Assembly: GCA_964247135.1 (NCBI GenBank)
Contig: CAXTTL010000132.1
Span: 1 to 13,425 of the forward strand
Direction of reading: 5' to 3'
DNA length: 13,425 nt
DNA from: an uncultured Deinococcales bacterium
Lineage (GTDB): Bacteria; Deinococcota; Deinococci; Deinococcales; JAAFIG01
The stretch's first letter is position 1; each line of letters opens with the position of its first letter. Both the position numbers and the translations under genes were made by a program. Below, piece by piece: positions 1 through 8,202 of the stretch. The notes beneath the pieces were generated by a model. The model worked only from the letters and a program-made list of their open reading frames with translations, searched no databases and was not told the origin of the DNA.

Positions 1-1173
1 CGCGCCACGCAGTTGGCAGCCAACACGATCAGACGGGTCGGCTTGCGCAAACAAGTCGAAGATCAGATCAGACAACTTTCCTTGCTGCGCGACATCGATC
101 TGGCGATCACCAACAGCCTCGACCTCGAGAGTGTGCTGGCGTACTTTCTCAAAGAATGCGTGACGCAGCTCGGGGTCGATGCCGCCACCGTGGTCTTGTA
201 CCATCCCTCGAGCAACGACCTCGAGTACGTCGCATCAAACGGTTTCAAAGTCGATCCCAAAGGCACGAAACTGCAAATCGGTGAGGGACGCCCAGGGTTG
301 GTTGCGCTCGACCGCAAAATCATGCACATCAATGACCTTGACAAGCGTGTACCGGACACCGAAAGCCAACCGCATTGGGCAATGGAGCAATTTATTTCCT
401 GCTGGTCCATTCCGCTCTGGTCGAGTCACGGCTTGCAAGGCATTCTGGAATTGTTCAGCCGCGCCCGAAGCGATTTTGGCAACAACTGGCAAACGTTTTT
501 GCAAGCCCTCTCGGTCCAAGCCGCCATCGCCATCGAAAACTCGAGACTGTACACCGACCTTCAGGCGGTAAACCAAGAACTTGCCCACGCTTACGACGCC
601 ACCATCGAAGCCTTGTCGGCGGCGATAGACCTGCGCGATCACGAAACCGAAGGTCACAGTCAACGGGTCACGTTGCTGACCACCGAAATGGCAAAAGCGA
701 TGGGTTTGGATGCCAACAGCAGCCTGCAAATGCGCCGAGGGGCGCTGCTTCATGACATTGGCAAACTTGGCATCCCAGACAGGGTGCTGTTAAAACCGGG
801 CAAGCTCGACAGCGCCGAATGGCATTTGATGCAACAACATCCGGTGCTCGCCCACCGATGGCTCTCAAAAATACCCTTCTTGCGCCCTGCCCTCGAGATA
901 CCTTACGCCCACCACGAACGCTTTGATGGCACCGGCTACCCGCTGGGACTCAAAGCCCAAGAGATACCCCTGGCAGCCAGGATTTTCGCCATCGTTGACG
1001 TTTACGACGCGCTGGTCTCCGACCGACCGTACCGCAAAGCCTGGACGCCACAAAAAACCCTCGATTACCTGCTCGAGTTTAGCGGCAAGCACTTTGATCC
1101 CGATTTGATTCAAGTCTTTGTGCGCATCATGGGTGACTCGAGGATTCAAGCGCAACTTGAAAATGCGGTTTGA
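1..1173 (+). CDS. GAF + HD-GYP domain protein (putative cyclic dinucleotide phosphodiesterase), 5' partial
   Basis: The frame is open from base 1, so the true start probably lies upstream of the window. GAF-like region (LSLLRDIDLAIT...AAIAIENSRLY), then HD-GYP motifs D-x-E-T-x-G-H-S, LLHDIGK, HHERFDGTGYP and DRPYRKA. Confidence 0.92.
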   Translation, partial: RATQLAANTIRRVGLRKQVEDQIRQLSLLRDIDLAITNSLDLESVLAYFLKECVTQLGVDAATVVLYHPSSNDLEYVASNGFKVDPKGTKLQIGEGRPGLVALDRKIMHINDLDKRVPDTESQPHWAMEQFISCWSIPLWSSHGLQGILELFSRARSDFGNNWQTFLQALSVQAAIAIENSRLYTDLQAVNQELAHAYDATIEALSAAIDLRDHETEGHSQRVTLLTTEMAKAMGLDANSSLQMRRGALLHDIGKLGIPDRVLLKPGKLDSAEWHLMQQHPVLAHRWLSKIPFLRPALEIPYAHHERFDGTGYPLGLKAQEIPLAARIFAIVDVYDALVSDRPYRKAWTPQKTLDYLLEFSGKHFDPDLIQVFVRIMGDSRIQAQLENAV

Positions 1174-1201
1174 GCGCGAATTGGGTTTTATTGTCTGAAA
1201 A

Positions 1202-1242
1202 GAGCCTCGCCAATTTCTTATCTTGAGAAATTGGCGAGGCTC
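1202..1242. terminator. Probable bidirectional intrinsic terminator between convergent genes
   Basis: Perfect 17-bp inverted repeat GAGCCTCGCCAATTTCT (1202-1218) / AGAAATTGGCGAGGCTC (1226-1242), lying between the stops at 1173 and 1269. Confidence 0.8.
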
Positions 1243-1268
1243 GAGTTTATCCGCAATTTCAAGAACTT

Positions 1269-2963
1269 TTAGAAGCTCAAATCAAACTGCTTGAACATGA
1301 CCGACAACGGTCTGGCATCACCTTTGGCAAAATCGCTGCCGACACCATTAAACGCCTTGACCCGCAACGCCAAGGTGTTGCGACCACGAATTGGCGTCAA
1401 GGTCAACTGATGTTTTTGGTTTTCGCCCGCATGTAAACCCGACCACACCTCGAGCGGTTTATTATTGAACAAAACCGTGATTTCCTGCCCTTCGATTGGG
1501 TTAAACACGTCCAGGTTCAACTGCACAGGTTGGGTGCTCGAGCGCCAAAAACCGACGCTGGATTCCTGCCCCAACGCCCAGCGCACACCATTGGTTTCGA
1601 TATCGGCAAACCCGTGCAACTCGAGGCGTTCGCTGCGGGCGGTTAACGATTTTGTTCCAGCGCTCGGCTCGAGCAGCTTGGCGGCGGCGACAGGCAAGGC
1701 GCAACGGTTCGCCGACACGACCTTCAAATCCTTGGTTTCGGCGTACAGGCGCACGCGTTGCGGGTTGTCTCCGTCCAGCGCGAGTGGAATTTTCAGGCGG
1801 TAATTCTGACCCACCAAACCAAGGCGTGAGGTCATGGATTTGCGGTTGGTCGCGCCGATCACTTCAAAGCGCAGTTTCTCGAGCTTGGGGCTGCTGAGGT
1901 TGACCACCAGGCTGCCCATCGGGTTGGTGTCGGCGCCCAGCACAAACTCCTGATACCCGGTGCCCAGGACAGGTTTTAAGCCTGAATCCTGGCAACCGTC
2001 CTGGATCAGACCGCCCAGGGTCAACGCCCAATCTTGAGGCAGTGCGGATTGGTCCACATCGAGCAAAAACGCCTCCCACAATTGCCAGATCACGACTTTT
2101 GGCGCTGAGGTCTGGTAAATGGGGTCGCGCAAATAATCTTCCATCGGCAACCACGGACCACGCCCAGCCTGCGCTGCGTTGATGACATCGGTGGAGAGGT
2201 TGTAGGGCAAGCCGTACTCGAATGGCCACTGCCGCCCACCTTTGGACGCGGACGACCCGACCAGCACCACCTTGGCATCGTTGCCGCCGAGCAAACCGCT
2301 GCTTGGCGAAAGTCGCTCGAGTTCGTAAGGAATAAAAGCTTCGGGTTTGTATTTTGCCCGCTGTGCTGCGGGCAGGCGCGGCAACAAGCTCGATTCCTGA
2401 TAGGTCTCGGGCGGCATCGCGCGAAGCTTGAAGCTTGCCTTTGGTAAATCCTTGATATCGACGGTTTTACGCACCACATCCGCCACGGCTTTGGCGGCAA
2501 TCAACGCGCCTCGGCTCGAGAAGTGATGGTCCAGACGCTGGTAGACGGGGTACTGGCTTTCCTCTTTGGTTTTTTTGCCTTCCATTAATGGGGTCAGCAA
2601 ATCCACGGCGTTGACACCCTGACCGCGCAGCGCCTCGAGCGCCCGCGCGTAACGGCTGCGCATGGTGTCGGTCAGTGGGAAATCGCTCGGCAGTTCGCTT
2701 TCGTAAACGTGCAGTTTGGCGGGCACGAGCGCGACCACCAATTGAATGCCTTTTTGTTTGAACATGGTGCTGGCTGCGCCGATCAGGTTTATTTTTTCGG
2801 TCATGTCGCTTGATGTTTCGTTCTGGTACGCGCCGTATTCGGCGACATGAAACAACCAACCGTCTTTGCCCTCTGCCACACCCGTTTCCTGAAACTGGTT
2901 AAAGGTTCCAGCAATTGCCAGACCGCCGAACAGCAGTCCGACCAACCACCCAGAGCGCCGCAT
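1269..2963 (-). CDS. AlgX/AlgJ-family SGNH-like O-acetyltransferase with extended C-terminal beta-rich (CBM-like) domains
   Basis: Signal peptide (MRRSGWLVGLLFGGLAIA), GKDGWLF, D-x-H motif LDHHF, nucleophile region VLVGSS and PKVVIWQ. The start overlaps the algF-like stop (TGATG). Confidence 0.82.
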   Translation of the reverse strand: MRRSGWLVGLLFGGLAIAGTFNQFQETGVAEGKDGWLFHVAEYGAYQNETSSDMTEKINLIGAASTMFKQKGIQLVVALVPAKLHVYESELPSDFPLTDTMRSRYARALEALRGQGVNAVDLLTPLMEGKKTKEESQYPVYQRLDHHFSSRGALIAAKAVADVVRKTVDIKDLPKASFKLRAMPPETYQESSLLPRLPAAQRAKYKPEAFIPYELERLSPSSGLLGGNDAKVVLVGSSASKGGRQWPFEYGLPYNLSTDVINAAQAGRGPWLPMEDYLRDPIYQTSAPKVVIWQLWEAFLLDVDQSALPQDWALTLGGLIQDGCQDSGLKPVLGTGYQEFVLGADTNPMGSLVVNLSSPKLEKLRFEVIGATNRKSMTSRLGLVGQNYRLKIPLALDGDNPQRVRLYAETKDLKVVSANRCALPVAAAKLLEPSAGTKSLTARSERLELHGFADIETNGVRWALGQESSVGFWRSSTQPVQLNLDVFNPIEGQEITVLFNNKPLEVWSGLHAGENQKHQLTLTPIRGRNTLALRVKAFNGVGSDFAKGDARPLSVMFKQFDLSF

Positions 2964-3571
2964 CAGCGTGCCTCCGTGGTGTTGCGCACCCAGGTCGTGC
3001 GCAAGGTTTTGGCGTCACCAACCACGATCACGCTGTAAGCAACGTTAGGCTCGAGTTGGATTTCGGGCAGCGGCAGCATTTGCGTGCCAGCATCGACGGC
3101 AAGTTTGATCTTGACCGGATTGACCGCCATCATGTCGTAATGCTCGGGTTGGAGCTTGTTCCAGACGGTCAGCTTACCGTCGCTGGTCTTGATTGACACC
3201 TCAACTTTGGAGAGGTTGTATGCCGACAAGCGCGACTGGGTCAAGCTCGAGGCGCTGCGGTCGGGGTTGACCCACCAGCGCCCAGCCACCAATGCCACCG
3301 AATAAAATCCGCCCGCCTCGAGGGTCAAATTGGTTTTGCTCGCGCCGCTGACCAGGACGTGCGTGCCCTGTTTGAAAATTCGGTACGCACCGGCTTGGGC
3401 AGGTTGGAGTTGTTCTGCCAACGATGCGCCGTCGATGGTGGCGGAACTGGCGTTTGGGGTGGCATTGATGAACCGCACAAATGCCGAGTCGGCTGGGGGC
3501 GCGGGCGTGTAGAGCGGCGGTGCCGCCAGTGCCGTGCCGCTTAAAAATGCCAGTAACCATAATTTTTTCAT
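2963..3571 (-). CDS. algF: AlgF-like O-acetylation accessory protein
   Basis: Signal peptide followed by LYTPAPPADSAFVRFINA, typical of the AlgF N-terminus. It lies downstream of the algI/algJ-like genes. Confidence 0.85.
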   Translation of the reverse strand: MKKLWLLAFLSGTALAAPPLYTPAPPADSAFVRFINATPNASSATIDGASLAEQLQPAQAGAYRIFKQGTHVLVSGASKTNLTLEAGGFYSVALVAGRWWVNPDRSASSLTQSRLSAYNLSKVEVSIKTSDGKLTVWNKLQPEHYDMMAVNPVKIKLAVDAGTQMLPLPEIQLEPNVAYSVIVVGDAKTLRTTWVRNTTEAR

Positions 3572-3615
3572 GTTCTTCCCCTTAGAATTTTGTCTTGTTG
3601 CTCGAGATGGATGTT

Positions 3616-4767
3616 TCAGTTGGACTTTCCGATGGTTGAAGCCTTCAAACTTGGTAAAGCTGCGTCGATGGGTTGGTACAAAAAGCGTTCGTTGAATTCC
3701 CAGATCAAAATTTTCGGCGGCGCATTTTCAAAAGCCGAGTCGTTCAGGTACGCCGTCATGCGGCGCTCAAAGCCCGAACCCTCCTTGGCAAGGTTCAGCA
3801 CCGTCGCGCCCAGCGTTTCTTGCAGCGCCCCGTGAAAATTGCCGCGCAGGCAGTACGAGGTCCCAACCAGCACCACCTCGGCGCTGGGTGTACCCAGCAA
3901 GCCCTGGTTGGCTGCCTCCAGGCTTTTGGTCTGCTCGGGAGCTTCTAAGTCGCTGGCGGGTCGCCAGGGGGCTTGTAGCCCGTCCAGGCTCATCAGGCGA
4001 ATCAGGTCGCCGCTGCGCTCTTGCAGGCTGGCTCGGCTGGTCTTGAAACTGCTGCTGGTCAGGTCGATACCAAGCTTGCGAATGGTCTGTGCCACCGCCC
4101 GCGCCGCGACTCGAGCGCCCGCCGTGTTCCAGTGGGTGTCGGTGCGGTAATACACCTCTTGCTTTTTGGCGGCTGCACCGAGTGCCGTCTCGAGGTGAAC
4201 CACGCTGACCCCGCCGCGCTCGAGGGTATTGGCAAAACCTGCGTAACCTGCCTGCATGTCGCTGGACAACTTCATGCCGAGCAAATGCTCGGGGTGAATG
4301 CGGGCTTTGCTCGGGCTGACCGCCATGACTAATTTGACGCCTCTGGTTTTCAAGGCATTGGATAACCGAATCACCGCCTGCGCTCGGGTCTGCCAGGATT
4401 TGGTGGCATCGGCGGGTTGCTGGAGGTCTTGGGTCAGGTACAGCCAGCCGCCCTGCCCGAGCTGCACCGCATCGTCGGCGCTTTGGAGAAAACGGTAGCG
4501 CAGGGCGTTGACGGTTTGGATCAAATGCTGACGAATCGGCAGGGCATCTGCAAACCTCGAGTTGAAATCTTGAGCCGTACCCGCGCCCATGCCGCGCAAA
4601 GTCAAGGCAGCCAGCACGCCGCCGACCACCAGGGTCAAGCCAAAACCGAGGGCGAACAAACGGTTGAGGCTCGAGGTCTGAGCCTCAATCTTGGAAGGTA
4701 CTTTTTTGGTTATGCGATTGGAACCCGAGAGGAATGGAAATTGAGAGACGGGATTTGAATAAGACAT
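3616..4767 (-). CDS. algJ: AlgJ-like membrane-anchored SGNH O-acetyltransferase
   Basis: N-terminal TM segment, GQGGWLYL, YRTDTHWN (D-x-H), VLVGTSY and PPKILIWEFNER. RBS AGGAGG upstream. Confidence 0.85.
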   Translation of the reverse strand: MSYSNPVSQFPFLSGSNRITKKVPSKIEAQTSSLNRLFALGFGLTLVVGGVLAALTLRGMGAGTAQDFNSRFADALPIRQHLIQTVNALRYRFLQSADDAVQLGQGGWLYLTQDLQQPADATKSWQTRAQAVIRLSNALKTRGVKLVMAVSPSKARIHPEHLLGMKLSSDMQAGYAGFANTLERGGVSVVHLETALGAAAKKQEVYYRTDTHWNTAGARVAARAVAQTIRKLGIDLTSSSFKTSRASLQERSGDLIRLMSLDGLQAPWRPASDLEAPEQTKSLEAANQGLLGTPSAEVVLVGTSYCLRGNFHGALQETLGATVLNLAKEGSGFERRMTAYLNDSAFENAPPKILIWEFNERFLYQPIDAALPSLKASTIGKSN

Positions 4768-4776
4768 GACAACCTC

Positions 4777-6177
4777 CTAAAAACGGAAATACAAGAATGG
4801 AGACGCGCTGCGTGCCGCGACGACCGCCAGCGCCAGCCAGAACACGGGCAGCAACAGACTGCGGCTGAACATGGCGATACGAAACTCGAGTTTGTGCCAA
4901 TGCGGTGCGATGTAACAGAGTGCCAAACCGATTCCCAGGGCGGTCAAACGCTCGGGGGTGGCGACCAGGGCGGCATTGTGGGTGAGTTCCCAACCCCTGA
5001 AACCAAACGCCGCCGCGAACTTTTCCATCGCCTGCCCCGCGTCGCTCGAGATAAAGAAGAAACGCCCCAGAATCACGACCGCCATCATTTTGGGTAGCGC
5101 GTACCAGGCGGGCGGCGCGGGAAGCTTAAAGTGGTCTTTCAAAAAACGCTCGAGCATCAAAAACCCGCCATTCCAAGCGCCCCAAAGCACGAACGTCCAG
5201 TTTGCACCGTGCCACAAACCACCGATCAGCATGGTTGCCATAAGATTTATATAAGTTCGGACTTCAGACTGACGATTGCCGCCGAGCGAAAAATAGACGT
5301 AACGCTTTAAAAAACTCGAGAGCGACAGGTGCCAGCGTTGCCAGAATTCGGTGATGCTGAGCGCCGTGTACGGGTGGTTAAAATTTTCGGGCAGCGCAAT
5401 GCCGAGCATTCCCGCCACGCCGATAGCCATGTCGCTGTAACCGCTAAAGTCGTAGTACAACTGTACCGTATACGCCAGACCGCCCAGCCAGACGTTGGCG
5501 GCGGAACTGGGGTCGCTCGAGGCGAAACAGCCCTGCACCAACGGCGAGAGCGTGTCGGCGATCAACAGTTTTTTGCAAAACCCGACCATAAATCGCATCG
5601 CCCCAGTGCCAAATCCCTGAAGATTGACCTGCGGTGCCAGCAATTGCGGTGCGATCTGCGCTTGGCGCAACAAAGGACCGTTCAGCAATGATGCAAAAAA
5701 CGCGAAGCTGGCGGCAAAGCGCAGTGGGTCGCTCGAGGCGGAGGTTTCTTTTCTCGAGACATCGACCAGGTAGGCGACGGCGTTGAAAACATAAAAACTC
5801 AAGCCCACGGGCAGCAATCCTTGAAGGCTGGCGTTTAGCGGCGCGTGTTGAACCAGCTTTAAGATTCCGTTCAGCGTCTCGAGACCAAATTGCGCGTACT
5901 TGAAATACGCCAGTACCGCCAGGTTCAGGATCACGCCTGCCGTCAGCAAGCCGCGTCTTGAGTTTGGGCTGCTGGCATTTGAGATCAGGCGACCAAAGCC
6001 GTAAGCGCTGGCGGTCACCGCGATCAAGAGTGCCAGAAACCACGGACTCCAAAGACCGTAAAAGACCCAACTGCACAACAGCAATGGTACAAATCTTAGG
6101 CGGGCTGGGGTCAGAAAGTACAGCGCCAAAGTGAGTGGCAAAAACAGCAGCAGGAAGCTGTAGACGGTAAAACTCAT
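4777..6177 (-). CDS. algI: AlgI/DltB-family MBOAT O-acyltransferase
   Basis: Polytopic membrane protein with LPVGLSFY, QLYYDFSGYSDMAIG, ENFNHPY, FWQRWHLSLS, GLWHGANWTF (catalytic His) and C-terminal PFLYFRF. Confidence 0.93.
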   Translation of the reverse strand: MSFTVYSFLLLFLPLTLALYFLTPARLRFVPLLLCSWVFYGLWSPWFLALLIAVTASAYGFGRLISNASSPNSRRGLLTAGVILNLAVLAYFKYAQFGLETLNGILKLVQHAPLNASLQGLLPVGLSFYVFNAVAYLVDVSRKETSASSDPLRFAASFAFFASLLNGPLLRQAQIAPQLLAPQVNLQGFGTGAMRFMVGFCKKLLIADTLSPLVQGCFASSDPSSAANVWLGGLAYTVQLYYDFSGYSDMAIGVAGMLGIALPENFNHPYTALSITEFWQRWHLSLSSFLKRYVYFSLGGNRQSEVRTYINLMATMLIGGLWHGANWTFVLWGAWNGGFLMLERFLKDHFKLPAPPAWYALPKMMAVVILGRFFFISSDAGQAMEKFAAAFGFRGWELTHNAALVATPERLTALGIGLALCYIAPHWHKLEFRIAMFSRSLLLPVFWLALAVVAARSASPFLYFRF

Positions 6178-6227
6178 GCTCGAGTTCCTGAAGTGATGTT
6201 GAAGTCTTGGGAGTTATTCGTTTCCAT
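6174..6227 (-). CDS. Putative 17-aa leaderless upstream ORF (METNNSQDFNITSGTRA)
   Basis: ATG at 6227 lies 6 nt downstream of an extended -10 (TGcTAAGCT). Its TGA overlaps the algI ATG as ATGA. Too short for the ORF track. Confidence 0.45.
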   Translation of the reverse strand: METNNSQDFNITSGTRA

Positions 6228-6285
6228 GACCAAAGCTTAGCATGTGATTTTGACACAAAGAGTAAAAAACATACTTCTATCAAAT
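6228..6285 (-). promoter_or_regulatory. Promoter of the alg-like operon (extended -10 TGcTAAGCT at 6242-6234)
   Basis: TG-n-TANNNT element with AT-rich upstream sequence, homologous without gaps to the promoter at 9903-9960. Confidence 0.6.
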
Positions 6286-6369
6286 ATATCAGATTTAAAC
6301 TCGAGATACCACAATGCGATTCGATTTGATGACGTGTCACAAACGAAAATGTGCTGACTGCACTTGAAG

Positions 6370-6614
6370 CCCTCATTCGGCTTCTTGCCCCTTAAGGCAG
6401 CACCTTCTGTCTTGCTCACAAGACAGCATCTGGCGGGCTGTTCGCGCTGACGAGCTTGGGGCACCCATGCCTCGCCACCCTTTCTCAGAGGGAGAAGGGG
6501 AAAATTTCGAGCCAAATGTGTATATCAACAAAACTCCCTTCTCTCCAAGGAGAGAAGCGCCCCAAGCCTGAAGGTGCTGCTTTCAGGGGCAAGAAGGGTC
6601 GGGGATGAGAGGGG
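6370..6614. repeat. Compound REP/REPIN-like inverted repeat element
   Basis: 27-bp arms CTTCTTGCCCCTTAAGGCAGCACCTTC (6381-6407) and GAAGGTGCTGCTTTCAGGGGCAAGAAG (6570-6596) are inverted with 2 mismatches. Inner pair GCTTGGGGC (6454-6462) / GCCCCAAGC (6559-6567). CCCTTCTC...GAGAAG-type hairpins at about 6478-6499 and 6534-6557. Confidence 0.7.
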
Positions 6615-6665
6615 ACAGAACAATTGTTGATTTTGTGTCTAAGACTTTCTGCTGCAAAATTCCAA

Positions 6666-6710
6666 ATCAAAAGCTCGAGCAACCCCAAAACATCAGGCGT
6701 TCCTCGAGCC
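6666..6710 (-). terminator. Probable imperfect intrinsic terminator after the phosphohexomutase gene
   Basis: The minus strand reads GCTCGAGGAACGCC...GGGGTTGCTCGAGC followed by TTTTGATTT, about 25 nt after the stop codon. Confidence 0.5.
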
Positions 6711-6732
6711 GGTTAAGCTTGTATTTTGCGTC

Positions 6733-8148
6733 TTAAACCTTGAACAATCCCTGCGCCTCTTTCAGAATTCCTGCCACCACCCCAGCGCTTAACGCCTCGC
6801 TGTAAAGCCGCAAAACGGGTTCGGTCCCCGACGCCCTGAACAACACCCAGGCGCTATCGTCGAGTGAGAGTTTCACGCCGTCTTTGCTCGAGCGGCTTTG
6901 AATTTTGTGACCCGCAAATGCTGTTAATCCCTCGAGTTTATGATTGAGGTCTGCCTTGCTGATCGGTCGGGTCAATGTTAAGTCCACGCGGTCATAGGCG
7001 TGAAGTGTGTTCGATTCGCGCTCGAGGTCGGCAAAAATCTCTCCCAAGCCCTTGCCGCTCGCCGCGACCGCCTCGAGCAGCAGCAGTGAATTCAGCAAGC
7101 CGTCGCGTTCTGGAATATGCCCCTGCACGCCCAGACCGCCCGATTCCTCGCCGCCCATCAGGACATTGCCCTCGAGCATCGCGTCGGTGATGTATTTAAA
7201 ACCAATCGGCGTCTCGAGCACCTCGAGTCCGCGAATCGCCGCCATGCGGTCGATCATCTGGGTGGTCGAAACGGTTTTCACAACCCGTCCGCGCAAGCCT
7301 TTGCGGTAGAGGTGATCGAGCAGCACACAAAAAATCTGGTGGCTGCTGAAGTACCCGCCGCCTGGCAGCACCGCCCCAACGCGGTCGGCGTCGCCGTCGG
7401 TGACGGTTGCCACGCTGAGGCTCGGCTCGGAGCGCATGAGCTTCATCAGCACGTCCAGGTTTTGGACAATCGGCTCTGGGTTGACGCCGTAAAACATCGG
7501 GTCGGCAACGCCGCGCACGTTGATCACTTTTAGTTTCAAATCGGCAAATTGCACAAAACGCTCGAGGTAACCCGCACCCGCCCCGCCCATCGCGTCGTGA
7601 AACAAGGTCCCAGCGAAACCGCGCAACACGTTCAGGTCGAGCAATTTGGCAATGTCCCTAAAGTATGCCGCGTCAGGCTCGAGGTTTTGAATGCGGTGAA
7701 GACTTGCGTCAAATGCTGGGGTCGGTTCGAGTTGCTCGAGTTCGGCTTCGATGGCGCTGACAATGGCTGGGGTGGCGCTGCCGCCGTAACCGCCTTTGAT
7801 TTTGTAACCGTTGTAACCCGCCGGATTGTGCGAGGCGGTGATCATCACGCCGCCGCCTGCCGCCAGGTGTTTGACCGCGTGGGACAGCACGGGCGTCGGC
7901 ACAAAACTGTTGGTCAAAAACACTTCAACCCCGTTGGCTGCCATGACCCGAGCGGCGGTTTGGGCAAACATCCGACCCGCAAAACGGGTGTCGTAACCGA
8001 TGACCACCCGAGGATTGCCCTGTTTTTTGAGGTACTGCTTTTTTAAATACTGGGCGTGGGCTTGTGCCACCAATGTCACGTTGGCGCTGGTGAAGTCTTG
8101 GGCGATCAAGGCTCGCCAGCCGTCGGTTCCAAATTTGATGACACTCAT
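6733..8148 (-). CDS. Phosphoglucomutase/phosphomannomutase (alpha-D-phosphohexomutase family)
   Basis: IKFGTDGWR, TASHNP (phospho-Ser), DGDADR (metal loop), GEESGG (sugar loop) and FRASGTEP. RBS AGGA upstream. Confidence 0.95.
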   Translation of the reverse strand: MSVIKFGTDGWRALIAQDFTSANVTLVAQAHAQYLKKQYLKKQGNPRVVIGYDTRFAGRMFAQTAARVMAANGVEVFLTNSFVPTPVLSHAVKHLAAGGGVMITASHNPAGYNGYKIKGGYGGSATPAIVSAIEAELEQLEPTPAFDASLHRIQNLEPDAAYFRDIAKLLDLNVLRGFAGTLFHDAMGGAGAGYLERFVQFADLKLKVINVRGVADPMFYGVNPEPIVQNLDVLMKLMRSEPSLSVATVTDGDADRVGAVLPGGGYFSSHQIFCVLLDHLYRKGLRGRVVKTVSTTQMIDRMAAIRGLEVLETPIGFKYITDAMLEGNVLMGGEESGGLGVQGHIPERDGLLNSLLLLEAVAASGKGLGEIFADLERESNTLHAYDRVDLTLTRPISKADLNHKLEGLTAFAGHKIQSRSSKDGVKLSLDDSAWVLFRASGTEPVLRLYSEALSAGVVAGILKEAQGLFKV

Positions 8149-8202
8149 GATGGTTTTCCTTTGGGATTGAGATTATTCAAGATCGAACTCGAGTGTTGAT
8201 CT

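Noticed and set aside
6324-6343. CRP/FNR-like site upstream of algI (TTTGA...TCACA)
   Set aside because: Half-site spacing is 7 nt rather than the required 6. The TGTG-N7-CACA at 6243-6257 also does not fit.
5444-6376. 310-aa ORF overlapping algI in another frame
   Set aside because: Shadow frame of a well-supported gene, with no recognisable motifs.
6290-6730. Riboswitch (e.g. c-di-GMP) or CRISPR array in the intergenic region
   Set aside because: No aptamer consensus was recognised and there are no regularly spaced direct repeats. The structure is explained by REP-like inverted repeats, and the predicted TSS lies downstream of it.
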